Source: the human T2T-CHM13v2.0 reference genome, Homo sapiens. From it: 64,000 nt of DNA. A program made the position numbers and the translations under genes. The notes beneath the pieces are model-generated. The model was not told the origin of the DNA and did not search any database. It saw only the letters and a program-made list of their open reading frames with translations. Shown here one piece after another: positions 17,734 to 34,070 of this stretch. The DNA lies in the NCBI RefSeq assembly GCF_009914755.1, contig NC_060930.1; one strand, written 5' to 3'. Position 1 is the stretch's first letter; each line of letters opens with the position of its first letter.

Positions 17734-17924
17734 TATATCCTTTCCTCCCTGCAAGAATTTCTGTGCAGAAGACACTGCTATGTCTCCATTTTACAAATGA
17801 GGAAACTGAAGCTCTGAAGGTTATGCAGCTTCTTCAAGGACAAACACATAAATAATGAGAGGTAGCCTGGGACTGGAATCCAGTTTGTATGATGCCAAAG
17901 CTGGTGTTCTGAGCCACCATGCCA
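17734..17924 (+). repeat. 191-bp direct copy of 15060-15250
   Basis: Ungapped alignment by eye, about 10 mismatches. Confidence 0.9.
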
Positions 17925-17936
17925 GAACACAGATGG

Positions 17937-18257
17937 GGCTGGGAGCAGTGGCTCATGTCTGTAATCCCAGAACTGTGTGAGGCCGAAGCAGGTGGATCAC
18001 CTGAGGTCAGGAGTTTGAGACCAGCCTAGCCAACATGGTGAAACTCTGCCTCTACTAAAAATGCAAAAATCAGCCGAGTGTGGTAGCAGGCACCTGTAAT
18101 CCTAGCTACTCGAGAGGCTGAGGCAGGACAATTGCTTGAACCCGGGAGGTGGAGGGTGGAGGTTGCAGTGAACTGAGACTGCGCCACTGTACTCCAGTCT
18201 GGGCAATGGAACAAGACTCCACCTCAAAAAAACAAACGAACAAACAAACAAAAAAAA
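17937..18257 (+). mobile_element. Alu (AluS)
   Basis: Full Alu; TSD CACAGATGG. Confidence 0.95.
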
Positions 18258-18340
18258 CCCACAGATGGTAACTGACCTCAGCCACAACTTGAGGCTACTT
18301 CCACTGCCTCCAAGTCTCCAAGTCAAGTGTGCTTTCCATT

Positions 18341-19625
18341 AGGAATTCTTTTTTCTGAGCAGATCTCAACTGTTGGTTTAAAATAGTCAGTAAACCATGC
18401 CATAAGCATACGTGCTATCATCTCAGCCTTGTTTTTCCATTTATAGAACAAATGCAGAGTAGATTTTGCATAATTCTTAAGGGCCTTTAGATTTTCGAAA
18501 TGGTAAATGAGTGCTGGGCTTCAACTCCAAGTCACTGGCTGTATTATCTCCTAATAAGAGAGTTAGCCTGTCCTTTGAAGTTTGAAGCCAGGCACTGACT
18601 TCTCTCTAGCTATTAAAATCCTGGATGTCATCTTCATCCAATAGAAGGCTGTTTTATCTACACTGAAAACCTCTTGTTTAGAGTAGCCACCATCATCAAT
18701 GATCTTAGCTAGATCTTCTGGATAATTTGCTGCACCTTCTAAATGTGTTAGCACTTGCTACTTCACCTTGCACTTTTAAGTTACAGAGATGGCTTTTTTT
18801 TCCTTAAACCTCATGCATCAACCTCTGCTAGCTTAAAATTTTTCTCCTGAAGCTTCCTCACCTCCCTCAGTTTTCACAGAATTAAAAAGAGTTAGGGTCT
18901 TGCTCTGGATGAGGCTTTGGCTTGAAGAAATGTTGTAGTTGGTTTGATCTTCTATCCAGACCACTCAAACTTTTTCCATATCAGCAATAAGGCTATTTCG
19001 CTTTCTTATTATGCATGTGTTCACCAGAGTAGAACATTTCATTTCCGTCAACAACTTTTCCTTTGCATTCCCCACTTGGCTGTTTAGTGCAAAAGGTCCA
19101 GCTTTCTGCCCACCTCAGCTATAAATATGTCTTACTCACTAAACTTAATCATTTCTAGCTTTTGCTGTAAAGTGGGAGACGTGCAAATCTTCCTTTCACT
19201 TAAGCACTTAGAGGCCATTGTAGGGTTATTAATTGGTCTAATTTCAATATTGTTGTGTCTCAGAGAATAGGAAGGCCTCATCAGAGGAAGAGAGATGCGG
19301 AACAGCCAGTCATTAGAGCAGTCAGAACATATACAGCATTTACCAATTAAATTTACCGTCTTGTATGAGCATGGCTCATGGCACCCCAAAACGATTGCAA
19401 TAGTAACATCAAAGATCGCTGATCATAGATCACCACAAAAGATATAATGATAAGGAAAAAGTTTGAAAAATTGCAAGAATTAACAAAATGTGACACAGAG
19501 ACATGAAGTGAGCATATGCTGTTGGAAAAATGGAGCTGATAGACTTGCTGGACACAGGGTTGCCACAGACACTCAATTTGTAAAAACACAGTATCTGCTA
19601 AGTGCAATAAAACAAGATATACTTG
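18341..19625 (-). mobile_element. Tigger1 DNA transposon, 5' half, decayed transposase
   Basis: ORF 18563-18754 [32 protein letters not shown] matches Tigger1/TIGD1 transposase; terminal repeat ends at 19625 followed by TA. Confidence 0.9.
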
Positions 19626-20169
19626 TATTCACGATCTCTGTCTTCTATCCATGATAGAGTCCCCTAACCCTGTGGCTTTCCTGAGTGGTATGACCCAGAC
19701 ACTTGTCCCTCAGGGGACTGAGCTCCTGATCACCTTGCCCTCCTCAGGCTCTGGCTGCTGCAAGGGAGTACCAAGTAGATCACCTGGGGTCAGAAATATT
19801 CTTTCCTTTCCCCATTTTATAACAACAGGGCTACCTCCTCCAGAAGATTAAAACTAGTTACCTCTTCAGGCCTGCTGATTTCTTGGCAGGAAGGACCTAA
19901 AGTAACAGGGCAACAGACGATGCTTCAAATAGAATGGTACTCTCACTGTATACCCTGGTGGAACATCCTCTTCCCAGGAGTGGAGATCTCTAAACTCACA
20001 GGGCCCAGACTTGCAGGGACAGGATGCAAACATTCTCCAAGTGGGTCCCTGGCAGTGTGGGTAAGCAGGGCCACTCCTGCTCCTACCGCTTGGTTCTCAA
20101 AACCGTGTGTTCTACCTATTTGGGACACCACACCATATGATGATGTTGCTTTAGGATATACTCTGTAAG

Positions 20170-20471
20170 GGTCGGGCCTGGTGGCTCACACCTGTAATCC
20201 CAGCACTTTGGGAGGCTGAGGCAGGTGGATCACTTGAGGTCAGGAGTTTGAGACTAGCCTGGCCAACATGGCAAAACCCCGTCTCTACTGAAAATACAAA
20301 AAATAGCTGGGCGTGATGGCGGGCACATACAATCCCAGCTACTTGGGAGGCTGAGACAAGAGAATCACTTGAACTCCGTGGGCAGAGGGTGCAGTGAGCA
20401 GAGATCATGCCACTTCACTCCAGCCTGGGTGAAAATGTGAAACTCCATCTCAAAAAAAAAAAAAAAAAAAA
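20170..20471 (+). mobile_element. Alu (AluS) inside ERVL
   Basis: Full Alu; degenerate TSD AGGATATAC. Confidence 0.95.
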
Positions 20472-20557
20472 GGATATACATTATAAAGTATCACCTTCAA
20501 GCTGGCCTCTCATTTGCACCTCTACAAGCCATTCTGCTGCTCTATGTGGTGCAGTGT

Positions 20558-21263
20558 TGTTAGCGATGGAAAAGATCTGAGTTACCACGAATTACTGGCA
20601 GTGAATCCATAGGGTCCACAGCAACTTAAGTCTGTGCCTCTTCAGAAGAAAGAATTTGACTGAGGGGCATAAAGCAGAAAAAAATACCCAGGCAAGTTTC
20701 AGAGCAGGAGTGGAAGTTTATTTAAAAGTCTTTGGAACAGGAGAGAATGGAAAATTCTCTTGAAAGAGACTCAGCCGGACACCTGAATGTCCAAGAAAGA
20801 AAAGGGTGCAAAAGAAGACAGAAAAAAGGGGGTCTTTAACCTTGATCCCAGGACTTACAGGCTCACCTCTTTCCCATAACTCTTCCCTTAGGGTGGGCTT
20901 TCCTCATATGTGGTACTTTCCTTACCCTTTGGAATTGAGCAGGCACTGTGTGTATAGGGAGTTATATGCATGCCCATCTGAGGCTTTCTTCCCTTTTCCA
21001 GTGGAGTGTACCTGGAAGATCATACGTCCACATTTTTGTCTCTTAACACGCATGCCCAGGAAGTTGCTTATCCCTAGGGCCTGCATTCAATTAACATTTT
21101 GATGTTAAGAGGTGTGGACCGTCAGGAATTGGCCTCTCCCTGGTGCTTCCAAATTATCATTTTTAGAGAGGCAATGCGATAATTGCTGAGCCATCACTCA
21201 ACATTTCTAGTGGGTGCGGGGAGAGCACTCTCCTGCCCCGCTCATGCCTATCTACCTGTAACA
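20558..21263 (-). mobile_element. ERV1 solo LTR (MER50-like) inside ERVL integrase
   Basis: TG...CA termini; minus strand starts TGTTACAGGTAGATAGGCATGAGCGGGGCAGGAGAG; flanks GTGT/GTAT. Confidence 0.75.
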
Positions 21264-21830
21264 GTATGGATAGAGCCATTGAGTCCTATGCCCATGTACT
21301 CACTGTCACATCTTATGGGTTGTAAAGTGTGTCCTTTATTCCAGTTTGATCTTTTGTAGGATCTCCTCCCAGTGGATCAAACACTCTGTAAACCTCGGAC
21401 AGTGGTGCTGTCTGGGGCCTTGTAAACAGGAAAGACGGAGGCAAAGCTAAAATATTTGTTGATTCCAGTCAAGATGAATTGTCCCTCTTATCAGAGCTTT
21501 CTTTATTGCTTTGGTAAATGAAATGTCCTCTGGACCCTACCATGGAAAATTGTCCTCTGGTGGGTTTTCCATCCTTACATAACAAATCCACTCAAACATA
21601 CCCCTTTCTATGAGATATTTGATTCCTTTTTCCACTGTTTGCAACAGAAGTTCTGATATTTACTTCTCATTTAATGTGGGCATCACTTTCTCCAAATGTG
21701 TAAAGAGCCATCCCAGCAGTGTACTGGGGTCCATGCCAGGATATTAAATCCTATATCCCAGAAAAATGGTCCCATATCAATCAACTCTCCCTCAGCCTCT
21801 TCCTCTTGATCCTATAACCTCAGAATCTAA

Positions 21831-22194
<364 letters not shown>

Positions 22195-22376
22195 CCTGAC
22201 AGCTGGAATTTATTAAAGCAAGAAAACACTCCGCAGGGTGGGAGTGGTCTCAAGCAAGCAGCTCAAGGGCCCAGTTACAAAGTTTTCTGGGCTTTAAGTA
22301 CCCCGTTTGAAGTTCTTATCGGATACCCCTTACCTGGATGAAGGATTGGGTCTGTGGCTAATTAAAGGCTGAGGTG

Positions 22377-22683
<307 letters not shown>

Positions 22684-23531
22684 AAAGGCTGAGGTGAATT
22701 GGGGCCCTATGAAGATAAAAGGGACGGCCCGTGCTCGGCCTGCAGCTAATCCAAGGCACTGTCCCTTTCCATCTGGTATGTGGTGGAAGGGGGAGGGTTG
22801 CAGGGAGAGTAGCCTTTGATCCTTTGTTACTCGGAGTAGGGAGATGTAGTTTTTCCCGTTTGGTTTAGCCTTAGGAAGTTTGTGTTAATTGGCTTCAGGT
22901 TGCCTGCCTTCAGTCCCAGTTGTTTTCCTTTTGATCCAGCTTTGGGAAGTCAGCATGAATTGGCCTTAGATTTCCTGCTCCCAGAACTTGGTGTTTTCTC
23001 TTTTAGGAAGTCAGCACAAATTGGCCTTAAGTTCGCTGTCTCTAGGCCCTATTCTCCTGCCTCAATCTCTTTCAGCTCTGCTGGTGCAGACTGACCAGGT
23101 CCTGCAGCTCCTGTAGTCCTTTTCCTCCTTTAGCTGCTGAGAATTTAATCTTTTTTCTTTGGAACCTTGTACTTTTGTGCTTCAGTGCCTAGCCTGATCT
23201 TCAACCTTGTCTGTTCTCCAGCTATAGATGAGAGTCTCCTTGTACTGACAAGAAAGCCCTCTGACTTTTATGTTAAGCTGATTTAATTGCTGGGTTAATC
23301 ACCCTCAGCCTTTCCTTGTCTTTCTCCAGAACATCTTTTGCCCTCAGCAACAGTCATCTGATCCTACTGTCCTTATAATTGCTAATTTCCTCATGCTTCT
23401 CAAATACTGGTTCCATTGCCCCAGCCAGTGCATTCCCTTCCAAAGGTATGCCCTTCCAGAAAGTGTTAGCAATCATTCTGCTACTGTGTGCAAGGCTTTA
23501 TCCATGCTCTACCAACCACCCGTGATGGGTC

Positions 23532-24004
23532 TGTCAACCAGAAAGTATCTGAGGCAGGGCTCCATCAATTTAGAAGTTTATTTTGCCAAGGTTAAGGACA
23601 TGCCCAGAAGAAAGAAACACAGAATCACAGAAGTAATCTGTGGTCTGTGCCTTTCTCTAAAGATGAATTTGAGGTCTTCAATATCCAAAGAGGGAAAGTG
23701 GGCTGGAGGGGAAAGAAGGAGGGTATGGTAGTCTACATGTTGCAAGGGAAAAGGAGTAGGTAGGGGGATAGTCAATGATGTATTCATATTGTGCTCAGTA
23801 AATCGGCACTTTATATAAGGTGAACATAGAATGGAGGTATTTAGCCTTTTATTTAAATATCTCCTGTGGAGATATTTAGCCTTGTATTTGTAGTTATTTG
23901 CTTAGGAACAAAAGGAAAGGCAGTTTCTTCCATAACTCAGCTTTCAGCTTAATGTTTTTTTCTTTTGGCATAGTGAATTGGGTCCCCAGATTTTCTTTTC
24001 CTTC
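23532..24004 (-). mobile_element. ERV1 LTR (MER4A-like)
   Basis: ATCAATTTAGAAGTTTATTTTGCCAAGGTTAAGGAC...GGGTCCCCAGATTTTCTTTTCC typical of antisense MER4A. Confidence 0.8.
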
Positions 24005-24049
24005 TTTCCAGCCAGTTGGTGGGTGACCAGCTTCAGCGCCTGCTTTCTT

Positions 24050-24175
24050 GCACCACATGGGTCTCTGGAACTGGGATGACCCTGAAGAGTTGTCCCCATG
24101 TTGGGGACATTGACCAGTCATTGAATGGAGCCTGCCCTGGGAGGGGGAACGAACCTTGGATAAAGTTGCTATCTT
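24050..24175 (-). mobile_element. LTR16-like fragment, probable 5' LTR remnant of the ERVL
   Basis: Minus strand CCAAGGT...CCCAGGGCAG...CAATGACTGGTC...GGACAACTCT...CATCCCAGTTCCAGAG resembles LTR16C; orientation fits. Confidence 0.6.
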
Positions 24176-24209
24176 CATAGGAGGATAACTACAAGAAAAA
24201 GGGCTTAGT

Positions 24210-24978
<769 letters not shown>

Positions 24979-25842
24979 CCCACCAATTGTTCAGGAAAAA
25001 ATGGTAACACCTTTTGTGTTCCTTTGTTCGGAGACTTAGTAGCTTGTTCTGGGGAAGTTTCCCCACTTGATGACCCAGACCTCCCACCAAACAAATAAAA
25101 ATCTGGGAGTGGCTTGGTTAATGAAACTACTGATAAGGGGTCAATTGGCCTCTTACCTTCCTTGTAAGCTACCCAACCCAGACCAAAAATAGGCTAGTGT
25201 GGGTGTGGACTCCAGGCTGTCCCACAGCAGAACAGGCAGGGAAGCTTGTGTAACCCCAACAAATAAATCAAGTACTGTGTGCTTCTGCTTTGAGGCCTGT
25301 TGCCATGTGGAACCCACGCTAATCAGACACACGAATCTACCTCCCAAGACCTTGAAAGATAATTTATGTCTTTAGGAAGCCTGGTGAAAAGGAAGTTTTA
25401 TCACATTTAATAAAAAAAATTATACTTTAAAAAATCCTACTTGGACAGCTCATTTCTGAGTTCCCTCCATCCAAGCTGCTGCTCTCTACATCTGTCTTAT
25501 CTATTGCTGGCAAATCCTAAAAGCCCCTTTCATCTACCTTCTGAATGTATTCTTTTCCTTTACAAGTATATACGCAGAAAATTTTTGTAAGTTAAATTTG
25601 TCTTTCTCTGCACTTTTCAATTCTCCCTCCCTCATAGTAAACATCACACAAAGGGCAAACACAGACTCCTTAATAGAGTGGAGTGTGGGGGGAGGGTGAA
25701 GTTTGATCCTGTCACACTTGGATTGGTAAATATATTTTTAATGCTATATTTGACTGTGGCACACTTCACCAGGTGAGAACCCAATAATAAATTAAAATGT
25801 TTGAATTGTCCCTTCTTTGCAGCTGCCATCTCATTCTTATGA

Positions 25843-26251
<409 letters not shown>

Positions 26252-26450
26252 CCACTCCTCCTTTCAAAGAAGCCTTGCTGACCTGCCCTATAAAGGAGAA
26301 CACATGAATGTGAGGTGCAGGCTTACACAAATACATAAATATAATTTTGCATATCATTTCAGGGAGTTCATGGACCACTGGATAAGCTCCAGTTAAAGAC
26401 CACTTATTTAGTCTTCTTGCCTAACAAGCTCTCAGTTCCTGAAATTCTGA

Positions 26451-26761
<311 letters not shown>

Positions 26762-26909
26762 TTTGATGCCAAATTTTAGCTAACCTAATACACACTTAGA
26801 TGCCTGCAATAAGATGCAAAATCATTTTTTTTTCTGTATTGGCAAGTGAATAGTCTTTATAAATTGCATAAAGCATGTGTAGATTGTGTACTAGAGAAGC
26901 CAACATTTT

Positions 26910-27540
26910 TATTCATTCATTTGTTCATTTGTTGATTACTCATTCATTTTACAAATATTTGTTTAGGCATTACTATTTTGGAGTAATACATTTATGTAAA
27001 ATCAACCTCCAACTTTAAAAATCAGACCAGTTAATGGGAAGAACCAATATGTAAATAGACAGTTAACAATAGTGTGCTATGGCTGAGGGTGCTGAGGGAG
27101 CCTTGGAGAAAGCGAAGGGTGAGGGGAGGGTGGCGTGGAGAGGGCACCTAATTCAGCCTGGGAGTTGGGTATGGGCTGAGAGTGATTTCAGGCGGAGCTT
27201 CTGGGAGAAGGTGACACATAAACTGTATCTTGGGGGAGTTCTTAGAGTTCTCAGAAGGCAAGAGTGGGAGAAAGATAATCTCTCTAGATGGATCAATACT
27301 TTCAAAGAGCCAGAGTCAGAAAAGAGCATGGTGCATTGGAAAACTTGTCATTGGTTTGCTTCGGCTGGAATGGAGTGTGGATATGGAGACATGGCAGGAG
27401 CTGGAGTAAGGGCCACTTCACACAGGGTGTGAAATGCTAGTTGGAGGAACTTACTCTTTATCTCAATGGGGTGTGGAGCCTCTGAAAGCTATTTAGCAAG
27501 GCATGATGTAATCAGATTTGCATGCAGAATGGCAAGGTAC
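26910..27540 (-). mobile_element. L2 fragment
   Basis: (ATTC)n start, AAATATTTG, ...ATCAGATTTGCAT typical of antisense L2. Confidence 0.55.
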
Positions 27541-27647
27541 AGTGGTAATCACACCCATACATGGGGATTGTTTCTATATACGTTGTATTTAAAACTGGAA
27601 AATAATAAAGAATTAAAATTGTGAATGACTTGCTTTACATAAATTAA

Positions 27648-28098
<451 letters not shown>

Positions 28099-28499
28099 TA
28101 GAGAAGAACGCTATATAACCTCTAATACCAATGGAGATTTAAGTATTGTAGTGCTTCTTTATAACTTTATATTTATTTCCAATTTCTCTTTATGTTTTCC
28201 AATAATTACATTTTTAGTTTAAAAAAGAGAAAAAATAGAAAGGAAGAAAACATTCATAGGACAGGTATATCATTAAGTGAATATTTTACTTACTCACATG
28301 TTTATAAAATGTTTTTATGAATATAATACCCCTTCCCTGAGTAGTCTGTGGTCTATGCTTTACTTTCCAGCTAAATTTTAGGAAACTGCATCAGAATTTA
28401 AGTCAAGGGAGTGAGTAATGCATGGTGAATATTATCTGTTATTGGTATATTGCAACAGGAAAAAAAAATAAAACCTAACTGACTGAGTGACTCAATGTC

Positions 28500-28950
28500 T
28501 ATTTCAATCTCCTTTGAGTATGCCTTCCCATACTGCAGAATTGGGAAGCCAAAAACTACATTTTCCAAATTCCCCAGGTAGAGTTTCTAAGGATGTGACT
28601 TAGGTTGTGACAATTAGACACACTGACATAAGACTCCAAATTCAGAGTTGAATGAGTTGTTGGGGCGCAAGGCGGGCAGGGCAGGAAGCATCTATTCTGC
28701 TTGTGCGGAGCACAGCAACCCTAGGTTGTGAGTTTGCTAGCTCAGCTGACACTCCCTAACTGTGGCAGAAGCAGCAACTCCCCTGGCAACTCAGTTCTGA
28801 GTGTGACTTTGTTCCTAGTAATTCAGCCTCAAATCCACTTCTTCAGCTCTCCCACTGATTCTGTAAGCCAATTAATACCTTGCAATAATCTTTTTGGCTT
28901 AAACTAGCTAGGGAAGGCTATGCTTTCTGCACCTGAACCATGACCAATGT
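28500..28950 (+). mobile_element. Old ERVL-type LTR (LTR33-like)
   Basis: AACTACATTT...ATGTGACTTAGGTT...GCTTAAACTAGCTAG...GACCAATGTA. Confidence 0.55.
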
Positions 28951-29226
28951 AGTCAGCGAAACCTGAGCCTTTGAGAAAAAGCTGAGGAGAAGCCAGAAAA
29001 GTAGCAGTAAAACCAGGACAGGCTGCTACCCTACAATCAAGACAGAAGAGAGTTTCAATAAGCAATGAAACACTGCAGAGAGGCCAAGACAGACACAAAT
29101 ATGAAGTAAAAACGATTCAGCCAGGAGGTCAAAGATGATGTGGAGAGGAGCCATTTCATGGAGTGGCAGGGGAGGAAGCCATATTGCAGGTGGTTGGGGA
29201 GAGTCTTCCATTTTATTTGGACTTAA

Positions 29227-29510
29227 TTTTTTTGAGACAGGTCTCGCTCTGTGGCCCAGGCTGGAGTGCAGTGGCGTGATCTCGGTTCATTGCAACCTCC
29301 ACCTCCCGGGTTCAAGCAATTCTCTGCCTCAGCCTCCTGAGTAGTTGGGATTACAGGCACACACCACCACGCCCGGCTAATTTTTGTATGTTTAGTAGAG
29401 ATGGTGTTTCACCATGTTGGCCAGGCTGGTCTTGATCTCCTGACCTTGTGATCGATCCGCCTTAGCCTCCCAAAGTGCTGGGATTACAGGAGTGAGCCAC
29501 CACGCCCCAC
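29227..29510 (-). mobile_element. Alu (AluS)
   Basis: Reverse Alu; TSD TGGACTYAATTT. Confidence 0.95.
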
Positions 29511-29758
29511 GTGGACTCAATTTATGAAGTAAGAGTCAGGTGCTGACTACATGATGTGAGAGGTACAGGAAGGTTTTTACATTTCCTATTACTGTGCCTA
29601 GAAGCCTACATGGTGGCCCAATCAGGAGGTAGGAATTTTTCTTCTGTCGTCATCTATTAAAGGGGCTCTAGCCCCAACTCTGCCACTGGGAGTTCTGTGA
29701 AATAGTTCTCTGAAATTCCATTTTAAAAGAGAAAAAGTTCTTTAGAAAATGGGCATAT

Positions 29759-30041
29759 GGCTAGGTGCAGCTGCTCACACCTGCAATTCCGGCACGTTGG
29801 GAGGCCAAGGTGGGAGAATTGCTTGAGCCCAGGAGTTTAAGACCAGCCTGGGCAACATAGCAAGACGCTATCTCTAAAAAAAAATACAAAAAGTAGCCGG
29901 GTATGGTGATGTATACCTGTAGTCCCCACTACTCAGAAGGCTGAGGTGGGAGGATTGCTTGAGCTAAAGAGGTCGAGGCTGCAGTGAGCTAGGATTGAGC
30001 CACTGCACTCCAGCCTGGGCAATGGAGTGACACCCCGTCTC
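29759..30041 (+). mobile_element. Alu (AluJ-like)
   Basis: Full Alu; tail replaced by STR. Confidence 0.93.
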
Positions 30042-30043
30042 GA

Positions 30044-30131
<88 letters not shown>

Positions 30132-30261
30132 AGGAAAGAAGGAAAGAAGGAAAGAAGGAAAGAAGGAAAGAAAGAAGGAAGGAAGGAAGGAAGGAAGGAA
30201 AGAGAGAGAGAGAAAGAAAGAAGGAAGGAAGGAAGGAAGGAAGGAGAAAGAAAGAAAGAAA

Positions 30262-30305
<44 letters not shown>

Positions 30306-30323
30306 AAAGAAAGAAAGAAAAGA
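30042..30323 (+). repeat. Complex (GAAA)n/(GAAG)n/(GA)n microsatellite
   Basis: 22 perfect GAAA units (30042-30129) then mixed purine units; no pyrimidine for 282 nt. Confidence 0.97.
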
Positions 30324-30369
30324 CAAAGAAAACAGGCATACTAATACCTGTCCTGCCTTCTGCACAGGC

Positions 30370-30600
30370 AGAATGGTGAAAGAGATAAGAGCACAGGATT
30401 TGGACTTGGTCAGACCCAGGCTTTAATCCTGATTTTGCCGCTAGTTAGCTGTGTGACCTTGGGCAAGTTATGTATACCTAGCTTTCTCCTCTGGAAATTA
30501 GGGATAAGAGTATCAGCTTCACAGTGATTATGACGATTAGTTGAGGTATGTAAGGCATTCAGCACAGTGACTGGCAGGTAGCAAGCTCTCAGAAGATGAC
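30370..30600 (+). mobile_element. MIR
   Basis: AGCTGTGTGACCTTGGGCAAGTTA core. Confidence 0.75.
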
Positions 30601-31228
30601 AGTTAATTTCATAAGTGGTCCAAAATACCTTTTGGGAGATAATGCTCACGAGTGTTTTATTCACAGGGTTGCTGGCCAAATGAGAAAATGCACAGGAAAG
30701 CAAAATGTAACAGGCCTATCAGGATGAAAACACTGTGAGAAAGGTCACACCTTAAACCACAAATGTTCTGGGTTCCTTGACAACTAGATTGTGCTACAGA
30801 GTTGGTAGGGTAGGGAGGAAGAGGAGAAGCTGAACTTCAACTGCTGCAGTTTTTCCTGGGGCTGGCCCTTGTTAGAATAATAGACACTCTACCATAGAGA
30901 GGCAGTTGATTCACCTATACCTGTTGGATAAAAAAGAAAACCATGTGGCTGGTGGAGCTGAGAAAGTGGAAAGAATAAAGGGAGCAGAAGATATATTGCT
31001 TGAAATCAGGCAAAAGTTCCATATATCAAAAGCCTCATTCTGGCTGACTTCATCACCAAACTCCCCTCCCAGAGGCCTCTGCCTGGGCTTTTGCAGAAAA
31101 CATGTACAAACTCTATGCAAAGTAAGAATCCAAAATAGCTTATTTAGAAATAAACCACCTGCTTGTACAAACAGGAAGATCTGAAATCCCTGGAGTTGGG
31201 CAAGTGAGTTCCTTGCTTCCCTGCCTAG

Positions 31229-32050
<822 letters not shown>

Positions 32051-33779
32051 TATTCCAACCCCTTTTCTTTGTTCCTTCTCATGGGAACACATCAATAAAG
32101 GCACCTACTGGTGGCCAAAGGGGGCTCTCTGATGCCACCACCCCATTCCCTATCCTACCCTTTATCCCATCCTTTATTCCTGTCAGAGACTAAACAGAGA
32201 CAGGGGAATGAGTTTTCACTGTGGATTACTTAATTTTTTTAGGTCACAGTGTTCTAATCAGTAATCATCCATCTTTCTGTTACCTCATTCTGTGAGGCGA
32301 AGAATTTAAAGCCTGCTTGAATTCAAGGTCAGGCTGCCTTCTGCAGCTGGAGGCATCCCCAGCAGGCCAAGGCTTCACTCTCTCAGCTGGTGTCAGGGAC
32401 CCTTAGGGAGTGGACAGAATAGCATGTGGAAAGAGGCAGTGTGACCAGCCTTGCCACCTGTTTCACAGGTGGCACTGCTGGCTGAGTCAGTCTGCTAAGG
32501 AGGACAGCCCTGGAACTGGTCAGAGAAGGCTTAGTAAATCTCTTCTGATTGCTAACCTCTGAGACCTCACAGCCTATAATTTCCCAAGACAGACCTGTTA
32601 TTACAAACAGTCAACCTAGTAATCACTGCCCAAGCCCAGGTGTCCTGAAGAAGTAGGGTGGAAGCTTGCATTGAAAAAGGAAAATGATAAGGAGATATTT
32701 GCCCAGCAAAGATATTCTGTAGAACAGATAACATGGGCACATTGTACTGCCTTCCTCCATCTTCCCACAGCACCTACCAAAGTCCTGGCAAGCCATCAAA
32801 TTAGGCTTATAGGTAGCTGCCCTTTCTGAAGGCTACATTCAAATTTTTCTAAAAGATAATTTGATTTCATTCAGTTCAACCCAGTGAGTTTATACATTTA
32901 TTTTAGCATCTATTCTATGCTTGGTACTGTGAGGATGAGCCATGAATTAAAACATCAGGTCAGCGTATACTCGACACAGTTGTAGAAATGAGAACCTTTA
33001 CTTTTTCACAGTGAAGACCGAGGAAGCTGAAAAGAATGCTTTTGGTTTTCTTCCCTCTACCCCAGACTCTCCCAAGGCCATACTTTTCTCTCTCTCTCTC
33101 ACTCTGGGGGAAGAAATATTGAAATTTTTTATCTAAGGCTTTTTCCTAGAATTTGAACTGCATAGGGAACATTGCTTCATCATCAACATTTTCTTTCATT
33201 TTCAACCTCTTTCCACCTGCCCTAAAAACATGTTTGAATCTAACCCACCCCTACTGTTCTTTCTCTACCTTCATTTCTTCCTGGGATACAGTTTTTCATC
33301 TTTTGCTCATGCAATTAATTATTCATTCATTAATTTAACAAATATTTAGTGATGAACAGTATGAGTAAGGCCCTTTCCTACGCTGGAGACAAAAATGAAT
33401 AAAGCCTTGTTCCTTTAATGAAGCAGTCCCTAACCTTTTTTGACACCAGGAACTGTGTGGCCTAAGTGAGTTACATATTCCCTCTGAGACTCAGTTTACC
33501 CTAAGATTCTGTTAACTGGGAATAACTATGTATTTGAGAGTTATTGTGAGGGTTAAATGATATATCGTGTGAAAAGCTCCTGTCACATGGTCAGTGCTAA
33601 ACAAATATTAGTCACCTTTCCTTGCATGACACTATACATTCTTAGCTCTTTGCCCATTTCTCAGACTGCTTAACCTAGAATTTCTTTGCTGGATCTGTGT
33701 TATCCCTATCCCCCTGAATTGTAGGCATTACTTAATAGAAATTTGTTTTTGAGGGTTACCCAGGATCCCCTCACCAAAA

Positions 33780-34070
33780 TTCCAGGGAAAGTTCAGGACT
33801 GTAGTTTGGAGACCCCGCCCCTTCCCACTTCCAGCACCATCCCTCATCCCCAGCCTGAGTGGTCTTGGGACAGCAGAAATGGGGGTGACATGTGACCCAG
33901 GTTTGGCCAATCAGAGCCTTGCATTCTCCTGAAAGAACAACGATTGGTTCAATGATGGGCACGACACTCCTCTAGACTTCTTTGCTTATATGAGCCGCGA
34001 ATTCCTCTTTTTGCTTAAGCTCTTTGGATTGGGCTTTCTGACACTTAGAAGCAAAGGAGTTTGAACTGAG
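33780..34070 (+). mobile_element. Old MaLR LTR fragment (MLT1J/K/L-like)
   Basis: CATGTGACCCAGG...GCCAATCAGAG...GATTGGTTCA...TTGCTTAAGC. Confidence 0.55.

Noticed and set aside
18563-19389. Functional TIGD1-like transposase gene
   Set aside because: Fragmented by stops and frameshifts, 3' half missing, catalytic-region DET motif reads DKT
19943-20131. Domesticated retroviral integrase/dUTPase ORF
   Set aside because: Only 62 aa open; flanking frames carry stops and Alu/LTR interruptions
29964-30365. F/L/S-rich and K/E/R-rich ORFs
   Set aside because: Translation of the GAAA/GAAG microsatellite
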